DNA of 64,000 nt from Octopus sinensis (GCF_006345805.1 NC_042998.1:25172001-25236000); one strand, 5' to 3'. Shown: positions 13,821 to 27,800, counted from the first letter of the stretch. Translations and numbers: made by a program. Notes: generated by a model from the letters alone, not told the origin.

Positions 13821-14709
13821 TTGTGCATATTTGTGGCATGCTCAGCCACTTGCATGTTAATTTCACGAGCAGATTGTTCCATTGATTCGATCGACTGGAA
13901 CCCTTGTCTTCATAATTGATGGAGTGCCAGTATGATTGGTTAATGAGTGATGAATTCATATTTTATAAAAAAAAAAATTATATGACTAACATCACAGAGA
14001 TAAGATAAAGCTCTATATGATTAAACAACTTGTTTGAGGTAGAAACCAAATCTCACAGCATCCGTATCTTTTTATCTTTAAAAGAGATGACAATGGCTAA
14101 TGTTGTCCTACATCACACCATGATAAAAAAAGAAAAAAAAAGAAAAAGAAAAATGCAAGGTAGAGTGGCCATGATTGTATTGCCTTTGATGGTATGTCTT
14201 CTGAATCATGACTGACCTGTGACTAAACAAGAACAGGAGATTGATTTTAGCAAAAACTCTTGTTTTTTTTTTATTTAATTGGTAAGAAGTCAGAAATTCT
14301 TATTATATCTGAAAGACGTAATGACAAATGACATAATTGAAGATAAATGTGGCCAATTTGCACTTCATCCGTGATCATGAAAAAAAAAAATCAGTTGATG
14401 CTTATTTAAAAATAGTTTCTCTTAAAAGAATATTTCTACATTTGGCTATTGACTTCTTGAGAAAATGAGAAATATAAGAAAGCAATGAAAATTAAAAAAA
14501 AAAAGAAAATGAAAATGACAGTTGCAATAAATATATGTACGAATGACTGTACTGATATTTGAAACCCAAGTGTAAATTTACAATCATTCATATATGTGTA
14601 GGTGGGATGTGTATATATGTATGAATAACAAAAAAAAAGAGAGAGAGGGGGGAGGGAGAGGGAAAAGAGAAGGGACAAGGAGGAGGGGAGAGAGACGATA
14701 AATAGTTAT

Positions 14710-14935
14710 TGGGTTGGCCAAAAAGTCCATTCAGGTTTTAAATGAAAACAAGACAGAAATTTTAAACACAAAGTGATTTATTCAACCAATGATATAATTT
14801 CCGTTTCATTCCAGTATCTTTTGCCACCTTGTGTGCAGATCCATTATACCCTGCTCAAAGAATTTCCTGTCTTTTCTGGCAAAAAAAAAAACTTCTCCAG
14901 GGGAATTTTTTACATCCTATTCATAGTTGAAGGTC
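14710..14935 (-). mobile_element. Mariner terminal fragment
   Basis: TA|TTGGGTTGGCCAAAAAGTCC mariner-type TIR followed by decayed transposase C-terminal sequence. Confidence 0.55.
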
Positions 14936-15239
14936 TAACAAATTTAATGAATTTTGAAGAGACCAAAGCAGGTGGAAATTTGAAGGCACACATGGGTGGG
15001 AAGTGAACTTCTTACCACACAGTTTGCACCTATTTAGCATAAAAAACTTATTCTCAACATTATCAATCCTAATGTAATATATTTCTGTGCCTCAGAGTTA
15101 TTTTTTTATTATGAATCACTTCATAATAAAAGTGATAACTTTTTGATTATTTTTTATCTTTATTTATGTGCCTTTTTCAAACCTAGCCAGGCTCATGGGC
15201 CCAGTTTCCCAGTTTCTGTGGCATATATGTTCCCTCCAG

Positions 15240-15443
15240 CATTACCCAAGATACAGGAAGAGAGAGTGAGAGAAAGTTAGGGCAAAAGAGTACAACAGGG
15301 GGTGCCACCACCCCCTGCCGGAGCCTCATGGAGCTTTTAGGTGTTTTCGTTCAAACATACACAACGCCCAGTCTGGGAATCGAAACCGCGATCATCCGAC
15401 CGTGAGTTCACTGCCCTGACCACTGGGCCATTGTGCCTCCACA
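15240..15443 (-). mobile_element. SINE family B, 5' part
   Basis: Matches ~550-743. Confidence 0.75.
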
Positions 15444-15837
15444 AACATGTTAAATGATAAATGAAATTCTAGATCAGGTAGGAAACTAACATACCAGGAC
15501 TAAGAGGTACCTTGAAACTAAACAACAAAAGCACTAACAACAATGGCAGATGACAATCCCAGCAAACATGATTATTAAGTTAATCATAGCAACTACAAAA
15601 GATCAAGAAAATGACAACACACCTGATAACCTCAGTGGTTTATAATTAATTACAAGGACAAGTCAATGAGGAAAATTTTGCATGGCTGTGTAGTAAGAAG
15701 TTTGCTACCCAACCCAATGGTTCTGGGTTCAGTCCCACTGCATGATACCCTGGTCAAGTTTCTTCCACTGCAGTCTCAGGCTGACCAATACCTTGTGAGT
15801 AGATTTGGTTGATAGAAACTGAAAGACACATGTTGTA

Positions 15838-16245
15838 AGGTGGCGAGCTGGCAGAAACGTTAGCACGCTGGGTGAAATGCTTAGAGGTATTTCGTCTGTC
15901 GCTACGTTCTGAGTTCAAATTCCGCCGAGGTCGACTTTGCCTTTCATCCTTTCGGGGTCGATAAATTAAGTACCAGTTACGCACTGGGGTCGATGTAATT
16001 GACTTAATACCTATGTCTGTCCTTGTTTGTCCCCTCTATGTTTAGCCCCTTGTGGGTAATAAAGAAATAGGTATTTCGTCTGTCGCTACATTCTGAGTTT
16101 AAATTCTGCTGAGGTTGACTTTGCCTTTCATCCTTTGGGGTCAATTAAATAAGTACCAGTTACACACATATAATCGACTTAATCCCTTTGTCTGTCCTTG
16201 TTTGCCTCCTCTATGTTTAGCCCCTTGTGGGCAATAAAGAAATAA
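15838..16245 (+). mobile_element. SINE family A (two body units) inserted in a family C head
   Basis: Family A head, core and tail; family C sequence at 15680-15830 resumes at ~16246 (AGAAACTGAAAG on both sides). Confidence 0.8.
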
Positions 16246-16609
16246 GAAACTGAAAGGCACCCATCATATATACATGTATATGTATTTCTTTTCCCCCAAG
16301 GGTGGAGCCTATGCCCTTATCCAAGCCACGTGGCTGCTAGTTTTGATCCAGTTATAAGATTTAGAAGAGCTGTAAAGTAGACCGCTAGGCAAAGCTAGTG
16401 TAAATGGGAAATCTCTCTATACATAGATTATACCAGGTAATGCCCATTGGATGAGGCAGCCCTACATTAAAAAGTTCCTGGCAGCTAGTTGCTCCCCTCT
16501 ATTTTGAACCATTTATTGATAACTGAAGGGAGCAATTCTAAAGTATAACTGGCTGAACAAATACTACAATAAAGGAAATAACGACTACATATTTGTAATA
16601 GTTTGTAAT

Positions 16610-16778
16610 AGTCATGTAAGTAAATGTGGTAAGAAGAAATGTTTATGTTGTAATGTTTTGGTTGACAATAAATTCAATAAAGATTACAGGTAAGAAATTT
16701 ATTATTAATAATAATTTACAGTTAAGTTGTAAATCTAGAAATGTAATTTATTTGATTAGTTGTAATGAATGTGAGAAC
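16610..16778 (+). pseudogene. Penelope-like Cys-linker/GIY-YIG fragment
   Basis: VSKCGKKKCLCCNVL, frameshift, then ITGKKFIINNNLQLSCKSRNVIYLISCNEC; parallels KKCGRPNCGIC...NFTCASENLIYSLTCSGC at 44.8-45.0 kb. Confidence 0.6.
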
Positions 16779-16779
16779 G

Positions 16780-17342
16780 TTGAGGAATTTCAACCATGTT
16801 TTGTGGTCTGCTACCACAACAGCTCTTTTATAGGATCCAATTAGCTCAAGACATCATCAAGAGGAACCACGTCTGGTTTCGGCCCCTACTCCTCTACCGT
16901 TTTGACATGGCAGGGTCCTCTCTTTTGGAGGTGTCTCCAGCTCTGGTGTAGGGTGCATGTCTTCTTTCTCCTTCTGGCCTCTTCGATGTAGCATCAACGA
17001 GTGTCAGCGGGCGACTGACTGCTTTGTCAAATTTTTTCCCTTTAAATACCTGCTACTAGGCTCCAGCAGGCAGCCCTAGCAAGTTGTCACATGACATGGT
17101 CTCAACTTTAACTGACCAATGAAGGCACGTAGTCTTAGCCCACGCATTCTCTAAATGAGACCGTCACCTGTCAATCAGTGAAGCTACTTCAGTCTCAGCC
17201 TGTCTCACCTAGTGATGTTATTTACCTGCCTACTTGTTATGACTTTCAAGCCATTTTTGGTCTTCCTACTTCAGCCATACATAGAAGCTGGCGTTTTTGA
17301 CCGCCTCCTGTATTCTCCTTATTAATTTTCTCAGCTCCGAGC
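16780..17342 (-). mobile_element. 3' end of a HERO-like (restriction-like endonuclease) non-LTR retrotransposon
   Basis: Minus strand from 17340 translates SELRKLIRRIQEAVKNASFYVWLK*EDQKW, resembling the A.E.AS.W.W.KR...W C-terminus of HERO/R2-group ORFs; the 3' UTR recurs at 13734, 52273 and 54031. Confidence 0.55.
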
Positions 17343-17420
17343 TAGCTCTCAAGGAGATTCAGTGAGACACACTGGATGTGGCAAAGCTGGCCCTTTGCAA
17401 TACAGATAATATTAACATTT

Positions 17421-17808
17421 AGTGGAGGCGCAATGGCCCAGTGGTTAGGGCAGTGGACTCGCGGTCATAGGATCCCGGTTTTGATTCCCAGACTGGGCGT
17501 TGTGAGTGTTTATTGAGCGAAAACACCTAAAAGCTCCACGAGGCTCTGGCAGGAGATGGTGGTGATCCCTGCTGTACTCTTTCACCACAACTTTCTCTCA
17601 CTGTTACTTCCTGTTTCTGTTGTACCTGTATTTCAAGGGGCCGGCCTTGTCACTCTCTGTGTCACGCTGAATATCCCCGAGAACTATGTTAAGGGTACAC
17701 ATGTCTGTGGAGTGCTCAGCCACTTACACGTTAATTTCACGAGCAGGCTGTTCCGTTGATTCGGATCAACCGGAACCCTCATCGTCGTAACCGACGGAGT
17801 GCTTCCAC
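17421..17808 (+). mobile_element. Full-length SINE family B
   Basis: GTGGAGGCGCAATGGCCCAGTGGTTAGGGCAG head; a second 5' copy at 18024-18210. Confidence 0.85.
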
Positions 17809-18449
17809 AATATTAACATTTGCCAGCTGAGTAGACTGGAGCAATGGGAAGTAAAAATGTCGTGCTGAAGAACACGATGTACAGCCAGGAATCACACTAT
17901 TGACATGACAATTGTGAGTTGAGTATTCTAATACTTTGTTAGACTTTAGTGGTCAGGGCTGACCTGTTCTAAACAGCAACAATAACAGCAGTGGTGATGA
18001 TGAAAACAACAACAGCAACAACAGTGGAGGTGCAATGGCTCAGTGGTTAGGGCAGCAGACTCACGGTCAGAGGATCGTGGTTTCGATTCCCAGACTGGAC
18101 GTTGTGTGTGTTTATTGAGCGAAAACACCTAAAGCTTCACGAGGCTCTGGCAGGAGATGGTGGCGACACCTGTTGTACTCTTTCGCTCCAACTTTCTCTC
18201 ACACTTTCTTCCTGGTTTGTTCCCCGACTTCCTATGTAGCTGCTGAGCCTGGATGCACATTCATCCATCCGTTGATGCTCTTGGTGTCGGGGGTTGACCC
18301 GCATTCTCTTCTGTGGGTTTTACGAATAGCAAAGGACCATGTTTCAGACTTCTCCCACTACAGAGGTGCGATCTTGCGAGCACTGGGATGAAGACTGCAA
18401 CGCTCAACAGCAACAACAATAAGCAGTAACAATAACTCTTTTGTAGCTA

Positions 18450-18667
18450 TACTCTTTTACTCTTTTATTTGTTTCAGTCGTTTGACTGTGGCCATGCTGG
18501 AGCACTGCCTTTAGTCAAGCAAATCGACTCCAGAACTTATTCTTCGTAAGCCTAGTACTTATTCTATCGGTCTCTTTTGCCGAACTGCTAAGTTACGGGG
18601 ACATAAACACACCAGCATCCGTTGTCAAGTGATGTTGGGGGGACAAACACAGAGACACAAACATATG

Positions 18668-18713
<46 letters not shown>

Positions 18714-18882
18714 TATGATGGGCTTCTTTCAGTTTCCATCTACCAAATCCACTCACAAGGCTTTGGTCAGCCTGAGTCTATATAGTAGAAGACACTTGTC
18801 CAAGGTGCCACACAGTGGGACTGAACCCGGAACCATGTGGTTCGTTAGCAAGCTACTTACCACACAGCCACTCCTGTGCCTA
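18450..18882 (-). mobile_element. Full-length SINE family C
   Basis: Same layout as 12415-12848. Confidence 0.85.
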
Positions 18883-19382
18883 TGAGGGTGGAAACTGAAC
18901 CATTCTGTAAAACAGGCACAGAAAATAAATGGCAGCAAATCTTTCAAGAAAACATATCTGAAAATGATAGAGAAACAATGGTGTGATATATAAATGTACA
19001 CACTGACAGTAAAATAAAAGAACATTGTCCAGATATTATTGTTGAAGACTACTTAGATAGTAAAAAAAAAAAAAGAATTGCTTGCTTATAGATGTTTCAA
19101 TCACACAAGATAAAAACATAATTCTGTAAGAAATTAAAGACATTGTTTAAGTAGAAAGACTTAGAAAAATCTAGAATCTCAGAACTGACAATCAAAACAA
19201 TCTGAATAATAGAAGGTGAACTTGTAGTGAAAAATAAAGATAGCACAAATAGTCATAATATTATGTTACTAACTTAACTCATGAAACAAAACAACAACAC
19301 CGTTATGCCCAGCATTTTAATATTGTTTTATGGTTAGTCAAAAGACAGCGGTGACTCCCATGGTATTTACAGGATATTTAAA

Positions 19383-20168
19383 GGGTGGTGAGCTGGCAGA
19401 ATCGTTAGCACGCCGAGTGATATGCTTAGCGGTATTTCGTCTGCCGTTACGTTCTGAGATCAAATTCCGCCGAGGTCGACTTTGCCTTTCATCCTTTCAG
19501 GGTCGATAAATTAAGTACCAGTTAAGCACTGGGGTCGATATAATCAACTTAATCCGTTTGTCTGTCCTTGTTTGTCCCCTTCTGTGTTAAGCCCCTTGTT
19601 GGTAGTAAAGAATTTGGTATTTTGTCTGCTGTTACGTTCTGAGTTCAAATTCCGCCGAGGCCAACTTTGCCTTTCATCCTTTCAGGGTCGATAAATTAAG
19701 TACCAGTTACGCACTGGTGTCGATATAATCAACTTAATCCGTTTTTCTGTCCTTGTTTGTCCCCTCTGTGTTTAGCCCCTTGTGGGCAGTAAAGAAATAG
19801 GTATTTCATTTGCCGTTAAGTTCTGAGATCAAATTCCGCCAAGGTCGACTTTGCCTTTCATCCTTTCAGGGTCGATAAATTAAGTACCAGTTACGCACTG
19901 GTGTCGATATAATCAACTTAATCCGTTTGTCTGTCCTTGTTTGTCCCCTTCTGTGTTAAGCCCCTTGTTGGTAGTAAAGAATTTGGTATTTTGTCTGCTG
20001 TTACGTTCTGAGTTCAAATTCCGCCGAGGCCAACTTTGCCTTTCATCCTTTCAGGGTCGATAAATTAAGTACCAGTTACGCACTGGTGTCGATATAATCA
20101 ACTTAATCCGTTTTTCTGTCCTTGTTTGTCCCCTCTGTGTTTAGCCCCTTGTGGGTAGTAAAGAAACA
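19383..20168 (+). mobile_element. SINE family A with four tandem ~185-bp body units
   Basis: One head; units start at ~19431, 19616, 19800 and 19985. Confidence 0.9.
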
Positions 20169-20281
20169 GATATTTACAGGATCTTTGAGATGGATGGATG
20201 GATGGTAGTGAGGAAGCAGAAACGAGCAAAAGACACCAGTAGTGTTTGGTTATTTATTCTCAGATAGGGGACTGTCTAAAT

Positions 20282-20837
20282 CAGGGATTCTTAACTGTTT
20301 ATTTCTTGTGGGTCCCCTTGATTCCTGCCTCACATGGAAGGACCCTCATAAACATTTGATGTTTAAAAGTTCCTACTATATTTTTATAATTAAATATTAC
20401 TAGCAGTATTGCCTGGCATTGCTCGGGTTTGTTTTGACCCTTTAGAACTGGAATTTTTGAAAAGTAAAAATCTTGCATTATGTAACTTGTTATTCTCTTT
20501 AAGTGAACATTTTTCTGGTTGAAATACACCGAAAAATGGCGACACAGCAGTAAAAAAAATCATAAAAAATAGGAATTTTCATAGAAAAAAAGCACCTTTT
20601 TGATGTAAATAATTTTTTCTTCTACGGAAGGAAGAGCAAGTCTTATTCCATCATACTCTCAATTTTGGTCAACTTGTGTCACAGGGTCTCGGAGGAGATG
20701 GTGTTAGTTGAAGGCTACCAAACCTGCCATACACAGACAACTTCAAGCTACTTACCACACAGCCACTCCTGCACCTAATTTATTGTAGATAAATTTTAAC
20801 AGCAAAATCTTATATGGACCCCAATTGAGAACTTTTG
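20282..20837. mobile_element. hAT (Charlie-like) MITE with 8-bp TSD, carrying nested insertions
   Basis: GTCTAAAT at 20274-20281 and 20838-20845; degenerate TIRs CAGGGATTCTTAAC / ATTGAGAACTTTTG. Confidence 0.75.
20400..20746 (-). mobile_element. Non-autonomous Helitron, second copy lacking its 5' terminus
   Basis: Highly similar to 3554-3930; CTAG end at 20400-20403. Confidence 0.8.
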
Positions 20838-21299
20838 GTCTAAATGACTGCAACTGCATGGGATCTGCTAAAGCAATGATTCCCAACCTTTTGTAGCTCA
20901 GTGCCCCTTTCACAAAATGGTGCTTTACAAACAACTCTTCTTCATGTTTTGCTATACAAAGACAGAAAAAAAAAGATAAAATAGCAGATTGTTTTCACCA
21001 AACAACTAATTTTGTACGGTTGTTTATTATTCATACTTCTTAAGGTCTATTCGCATAGATTAGTATCGATTACCATCTTTTAATTGCATCAGTCATTTGA
21101 CTGTGACCATGCTGGAGCAACACCTTTACCATTTGGTCAAATAAATTGATCCTAGCACTTGCTTTATCAATACTAGTGCTTTTTTCTATCACTCTTTTTT
21201 GCCAAACTGTTAAGTTACAAGGGTGTAAATAAACCAACACTGGCTGTCAAGTGAGGAGCAGGGCCAGGACAGACACAAACACACACACACACAAATATG

Positions 21300-21331
<32 letters not shown>

Positions 21332-21501
21332 AGTAGGTGAATGAATTATCCTATGTTTATCGTCAGCATGGAAAGTCGAGAGAGGCTCCCTTTCTTTCCT
21401 GATGAGAAGATTGCATAATGCACCCTTTCTTCCTTTGGAATGAAAACATATGTCGAGAGTAAAGGAATTTTGTTAACATCTTCGTTCAACTCCATTCTTT
21501 C

Positions 21502-21539
<38 letters not shown>

Positions 21540-21543
<4 letters not shown>

Positions 21544-21725
21544 AGAATTCACGAAAAAAACGAAAGACGAAGACAGGCGATGTAGAAAACAAACAGATGT
21601 ATTAGTATAACGCTCGGGAATTGAAAAGGTCTTTTACGATTCAAGCCTATGCTCTTCCACAGAAAGGAACATGGAAAGAAGCAAGGAGAGAAAAAAATGT
21701 GTGTAGTGGCTAACGATCTATCATG
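21540..21725 (-). mobile_element. PLE-like terminal repeat with decayed HHR motif (21630-21667)
   Basis: Reverse-complement homolog of 39822-40025; abuts (TA)n. Confidence 0.65.
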
Positions 21726-22394
21726 GATATGTGTGTGTGCATGTATATTTACTGTTGTAGATATATTTGTTTATATTTATTGAAGTAGATACACACACAT
21801 ATATTTATTAGTGTAGATATAAATGAACAAAACATCCATGTATATATGAACAAAACATCCATGCTTCCAGAGCTGAATTATTCAAACCCCAAAAAATCCC
21901 TCTCAACACATGGCTATGATGCTCCCCCACTACTTCTGCTCATGATCAGAGATGCACATATCGTCAGCCATGAAGGGACATGGTCAACTTGTTAAGGTCA
22001 AACAACTGACAAACAAATCTGTGGTATTGAGCAGAATATTTGCTGTAGCCCATCTTTTATACCAAGACAAAACAATGTACATAATAACACTTCCAATCAG
22101 TTAAGATCAGAAGCCATGAGAACCACTGCCTGGTACTGCATCAGGGCATTTATTGCCTTGTTTGCTTGTTTGTTTTAAACTCAGTATGTAAAGACAGGTG
22201 AACTACCGTTAAGCATTTCACCTGGAGTGCTTACATTTCTGCCAGCTCGGTGCCTTAGTGTAATGTTAATATTACTAATAATTACCTTTGACTAAGATAT
22301 ATTTGAATGAATTATTCAATGTCACTACTTAATCAGTAATTTAGTTACCACTTGGTAGGTGCATGAAAATATCACTGTCATCAGAGGAGAAGCA

Positions 22395-22820
22395 GGAGGA
22401 GGAGATGGTGGTTAAGATGATGATGACAATGACAATGATGATGGTGGTGGTGGTGGTGATGATGGGGGGGATGATGAAGATGATGAAGATAATGAAGATG
22501 ATGAAGATAGTGAAGATGAAGATGATAATGACAATGATGATGATAACGACAATGATGATGATGGTGGTGGTGGTGGTGGTGGTGGTGTTGGTGATGATGA
22601 TGAAGATGATGATGATGTTGATGATGATGACGATGATGACAATGATGATGATGGTGGTAGTGGTGGTGATGATGACGATGACAACGATGATGATGATGAT
22701 GATGGCAGTGGTGGTAGTGGTGGTAGTGGTGGTGATGACGACAACTAGTATGATGGTGGTGATGATGAAAATGACGATGATGATGACGATGATGCTGATG
22801 AGGATAATGATAATTATGAG
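22395..22820. repeat. Compound (ATG)n/(GTG)n trinucleotide repeat
   Basis: Directly visible. Confidence 0.95.
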
Positions 22821-23324
22821 CTGCACAACATCTTCAAAAGTGAGAATTGTGATTCAAATAGCAAACGACAGCCATGAGAATTTACACTGATTAATTCCGT
22901 ACTGTTTATTAACCTGGCAATGTCTATCCTGCATGCAAAAATCTGATATGTTTTGAAAATTTAGAAAATAGTATAAATTCTTACAAAACAGAAATATAGA
23001 AAAATATTTTTGCACTCAATGATACCATTTTTTTAAAAGAAAATATTCCCTTTATCTATTTTTTTTTTTTAGTATTTTCTTATAAGTTGTTTATCTTTAC
23101 CTTGAATAATTCCGACTTAAGGAAGTTTTTGCTTATGGAACTGATGCCAAAACATTGAACCATTTTTGTAAATAAAGAATAAATAAAGATGTTGTGAATG
23201 TCTCCTCTATTCACGAATATAATAAACAATGAGAAGGGAATAGTAAATATCATTTGCAAACGTTACCTGCTTGTCAAGACACATGTATATATGTATATAT
23301 ATATATATATATATAGATAGATAT

Positions 23325-23367
<43 letters not shown>

Positions 23368-23484
23368 TGAGAAGGCACATGGCTCAGTGGTTAGAGTGTC
23401 GAGCTTACGATCATGAGGTTGTGAGTTCAATTCCCAGACTGGGCTGCATGTTGTGCTCTTGAGCAAGACACTTTATTTCGAAAT

Positions 23485-24290
23485 ACTGTAGAAATGAGTT
23501 GTGACGTCACAGGTGCCAAGAAAGGATGGAGAACAAGAGAACAAGGGAGGAAGAGGCACAGACAGAAGAGAATTAGTAGAAGTTAAGAGTGCTCATCATA
23601 ATCTGGTTTTTCTGGTTTTCTCTCCCGCCCTTCCCTATTCTTCTCCTCTCCCTTTCACCGTTCCCTCTCTCTTACTCCTCTTCCTCCCTCTCGTCACTGA
23701 CACATGACCAGAGGGAAGCCATCTTTCCGACTGCTATCTTCAACATGTCAACACGGCTTATCCTATCCTTCTCATAAGCTGTCTTCTCAATGCATTCAAA
23801 ATAATTTTTCCATCGTCTTCGCCTTACAACCCTCATCGTTTGTTTTTACTATGTTATTCTCCTTGTCCTGCCTTTTACTGTTTCTATTTGTATTGTTTTT
23901 ACTGTCCTGTTCTTGTTACAACTTTTACCCCTCCACAAAAAACCCCAAATTTTATTTAATTTGCTTTGCGGGAAGGACTGTTTCAATGAAGTTGCGTCTT
24001 GTCCTTACCTTCGAAATGTGGAGTAAACGAAATAGGGGCAACTGAAGAAAGGGAATATTCCTTGTGTTGTATGTCTTGTGTTGTATGTCTGAAAAAAAGT
24101 CTGTTTCCATGTTTTTGAGTTTATGTTTTCGTTTCTCATTATGTTCAACGTTTTTTGATGTCTTGTACCCATATATGCATGTATATATACATATAGATGT
24201 AGGTATGTACATATATGTCTGTATATATGCATATGTTTATATATTATTTTGTTATTATATGATCGAACGCCACACATCCATTTCCAAGTA
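23485..24290 (+). mobile_element. Probable PLE-derived repeat; inverted related segment at ~24590-24775
   Basis: CT-rich body, TTCGAAA...CAACTGAAGA motif at ~24010-24048; TCTTGTACCCATATATGCATGTAT (24161) is mirrored by ATACATGCATACATGGGTACAGGA (24591). Confidence 0.45.
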
Positions 24291-24337
24291 AGTTTTATCT
24301 ATCTATCTATATATATATATCTCACATGAGATATATA

Positions 24338-24560
24338 TCATCATCATCATCATCATCATCGTTTAGCGTCCGCTTTCCATGCTGGCATGGGTTGGATGGG
24401 GCAACTGGGGTCTGGGAAGCCAGAAGGATGCACCAGGCCCAGTCTGATCTGGCAATGTTTCTACGGCTGGATGCCCTTCCTAACGCCAACCACTCCATGT
24501 GTGTAGTGGGTGCTTTTTACATGCCACCGGCACGGTTGGTGCTTTCTACGTGCCACCGGC
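24338..24560 (-). mobile_element. SINE-like family D
   Basis: (CAT)n tail and GGATGCCCTTCCTAACGCCAACCACTCC. Confidence 0.75.
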
Positions 24561-24809
24561 ATATACATATATGTGAATATATATATATATATACATGCAT
24601 ACATGGGTACAGGACGTCACCAATGGTGTAAATAACACGAAATGCATAAACAAACGAGTAAAATACGTAAACAACGAGATAAAAATGCAAAACAGGACAA
24701 GTAAACACAGAGAAAGGACCCTTCGTCAGTTGTCAGTTGTCTATCTACTCCTCGTTTCGAACATTCAACGTCAAATGGAATGAAGTGCTTTGCTCAATAT
24801 AAATATATC

Positions 24810-24848
<39 letters not shown>

Positions 24849-25311
24849 CACACACACACACAACACACACACATACAGAGAGAGGGGGTGCTTCACAGAC
24901 ACAATTGTTAAGAAGTTAACTTCCCAACCAACATTTTTGAATTCTTAGTTTGACTTTTGAAATTGTCTGAAAGAAAAATTAAGTTGGCTCATGTTATAAA
25001 AGAACTTTTTCTTCTCGGAGACCACAATCGATACAAAGAAACTTTCATTTCATGTTCCATGGATTTTGTCTGGAGGGAAAGTATTTGATCAATAACAAAA
25101 TTGCTACTCAGAAACAACACATCCTCCCAAACCAACGTGAAGAGTGCTTTACTGCCAAACCACATGTAAAAGTTAAAGGACTTCTAAAAATGTTAATTAT
25201 TCTCTCTGCTTCTTTTCCAAGTTCTAAATCGGTTTAATATAATTCCACAAGCAATATCCAACTTGTCTGCTCTCTTTCCCCATATATCTGCTTTCTATTT
25301 TTCTCTTTTTC

Positions 25312-25720
25312 TCTCTTTTACTTGTTTCAGTCATTTGATTGCGGCCATGCTGGAGCACCGCCTTTAATCGAGCAACTCGACACCGGGACTTATTCTTTTG
25401 TAAGCCCAGTACTTATTCTATGGGTCTCTTTCGCCGAACCGCTAAGTAACGGGAACATAAACACACCAGCATCGGTTGTCAAGCAATGCTAGGGGGACAA
25501 ACACAGACACACGAACACACACATGCATATATATATATATATATATACATATATACGACGGGCTTCTTTCAGTTTCCGTCTACCAAATCCACTCACAAGG
25601 CTTTGGTCGGCCCGAGGCTATAGTAGAAGACAGTTGCCCAAGGTGCCACGCAGTGGGACTGAACCCAGAACCATGTGGTTAGTAAACAAGCTACTTACCA
25701 CACAGCCACTCCTGCACCTG
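25312..25720 (-). mobile_element. Full-length SINE family C
   Basis: Complete head, internal microsatellite and tail. Confidence 0.85.
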
Positions 25721-26069
25721 TTATATTTTTTAGTTTGCTTTATGCTGGTTGTAAGCATTAAATGGGTTGTTGGGTGGCCTAAATTTGTACCACAAGCTGG
25801 TGGGACAAAGTAGCAGAGAAACATTACTAGGGTTACCCTGATTCCCAATATATGCCATTTGTTGGGTTGACCATAGTGGGGAAAGCAGGAAGCTATGTGG
25901 ACAGATGCACAGAAATTCATATTTGTTATTGTACAGCATTAGGGCATTTTAGCTCTTATTTCTAGCAATGTAGGTGTTTCTCAACACCCTTGTCACATTT
26001 AGTGACAATTATAATTTTCCTTTTTGGTGAAACATTGCAACCTGCTGTTTCTATTAATTTTTTTTGTGC

Positions 26070-26120
<51 letters not shown>

Positions 26121-26329
26121 TGTGTGTTTGTACCCACCCCCACCGTTGCTTCACAATTGATGTTGGTGTGTTCGGCAAAAGAGACCAATAGAATAAGTAC
26201 TAGGCTTACAAAGAATAAGTCCTGGGGTCGATTTGTTCAACTAAGGTGGTGCTCCAGCATGGACGCAGTCAAATGACTGAAACAAGTAAAAGAATAAAAG
26301 AATACGTGTGTGTGTGTGTGCATTGTATG

Positions 26330-26360
<31 letters not shown>

Positions 26361-26775
26361 TTAGTGTAGGAAGAAATGGAGCTGAACGAAGATTTAACAA
26401 AATTCCTTTTTATTATTTTCAAGACACTTGCCCAAGGTTCCACGCAGTGGGACTGAACCCGGAACCATGTGGTTGGTAAGCAAGCTACTTACCACACAGC
26501 CACTCCTACGCCTGTATATATATATGATATGTATATATCTATTTGTGTGTGTCTTTGTGTCTGTGTTTATCCCCCATCACTACTCGACAACCAATTTTGG
26601 TGTGTTTATGTCTCCATAACTAAGCTATTCAACCCAAGTGACCGATAGAATGACAACTAGGCTTCAGAAATAAGTCCTAGGGTCGATTTTTTTTACCAAA
26701 ATCTTTCAAGGCAACACTCTAGCATGGTTGCAGTCAAATACCAAAGTATTATTGGATGCTCAGGAAAGAAGGAGG

Positions 26776-26810
26776 GTTTAACGTTTCGAGCGGAGCTCTT
26801 CGTCGGAAAC
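26776..26810 (-). ncRNA. Minimal HHR motif, variant core
   Basis: Minus strand gttt-CCGACGA-A-gagc tcc gctc-GAAA-cg-TT-aaac. Confidence 0.65.
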
Positions 26811-27485
26811 ATAGGAGAAGGAAAGATCCAGAGAAGGGAAGACAGAGGAAATATATATATATATATATATGTCGAAACTCCGAGTACTATAATGACAACT
26901 TACTGATTGTCCTATATTATACAAATATAAATAATCCTCTATTTACCTAATATTGAAGTCTCATTCTTTTGTTGTCCGCTTATTATTATTATTATCATTA
27001 TTATTATTATTATTATTAGTAAAAGAATAATAGAGTTAAAGAATAAAGGAATAAAAAAATAAAAGAATAGAGTTGTACCTACAGCTTCTGTTACTCAGAG
27101 TCTCATATTCCCGAAAATGAAACACAACACAGCTGCAAAATGAACTTTATATCAAATCAAATGTAAAAAACAATGGTTGTAAATAGTATTGTGTGAATCT
27201 GCTGACAAATACGCAAACACTTATTTAAAGCTGACTCGACAGGTGCAGGAGGCTGTTACAGTTTTTAAATCGATATGTTGAGGGATTCAGGTGGACATTG
27301 CTGAAAATAGTACAAGAACAATAAGTGAATGAAATGATGTTGAAGAAGACAGCAGTTTCATCAATCCATTGCTTTGTATCATATATATAAATGTGTGTGT
27401 GTGTATATATTTATATAAAAAAAAAAAAAATTTCTTTAAATAAATAAATAAATTAATAAATAAAATAATATATAAATATAAAAAT

Positions 27486-27527
<42 letters not shown>

Positions 27528-27800
27528 ATATATATATATTTAAAATATATAAGTTTAAATTATTTAAATAATTTTTTAATTTAACTTTTATATTTTTAAA
27601 TTAATTTTATGTATTGGGTTATGTTTTTCACTGTTTGATTTGCCTAATAGTGGTTTTATCTCTAATTTAATATAATATAATATAATATATTTATACTATA
27701 AAATTGGATTTAATCCTAAATCTAATTTTTCCCTGTAAGTTTGGATTTATTCCCTAATATTATTATTATTAATTTATATATATATATATAATATATATAT

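Noticed and set aside
22341-22890. Poly-Met/Val, poly-Ser and poly-Ile ORFs
   Set aside because: Trinucleotide repeat with no splice or domain support.
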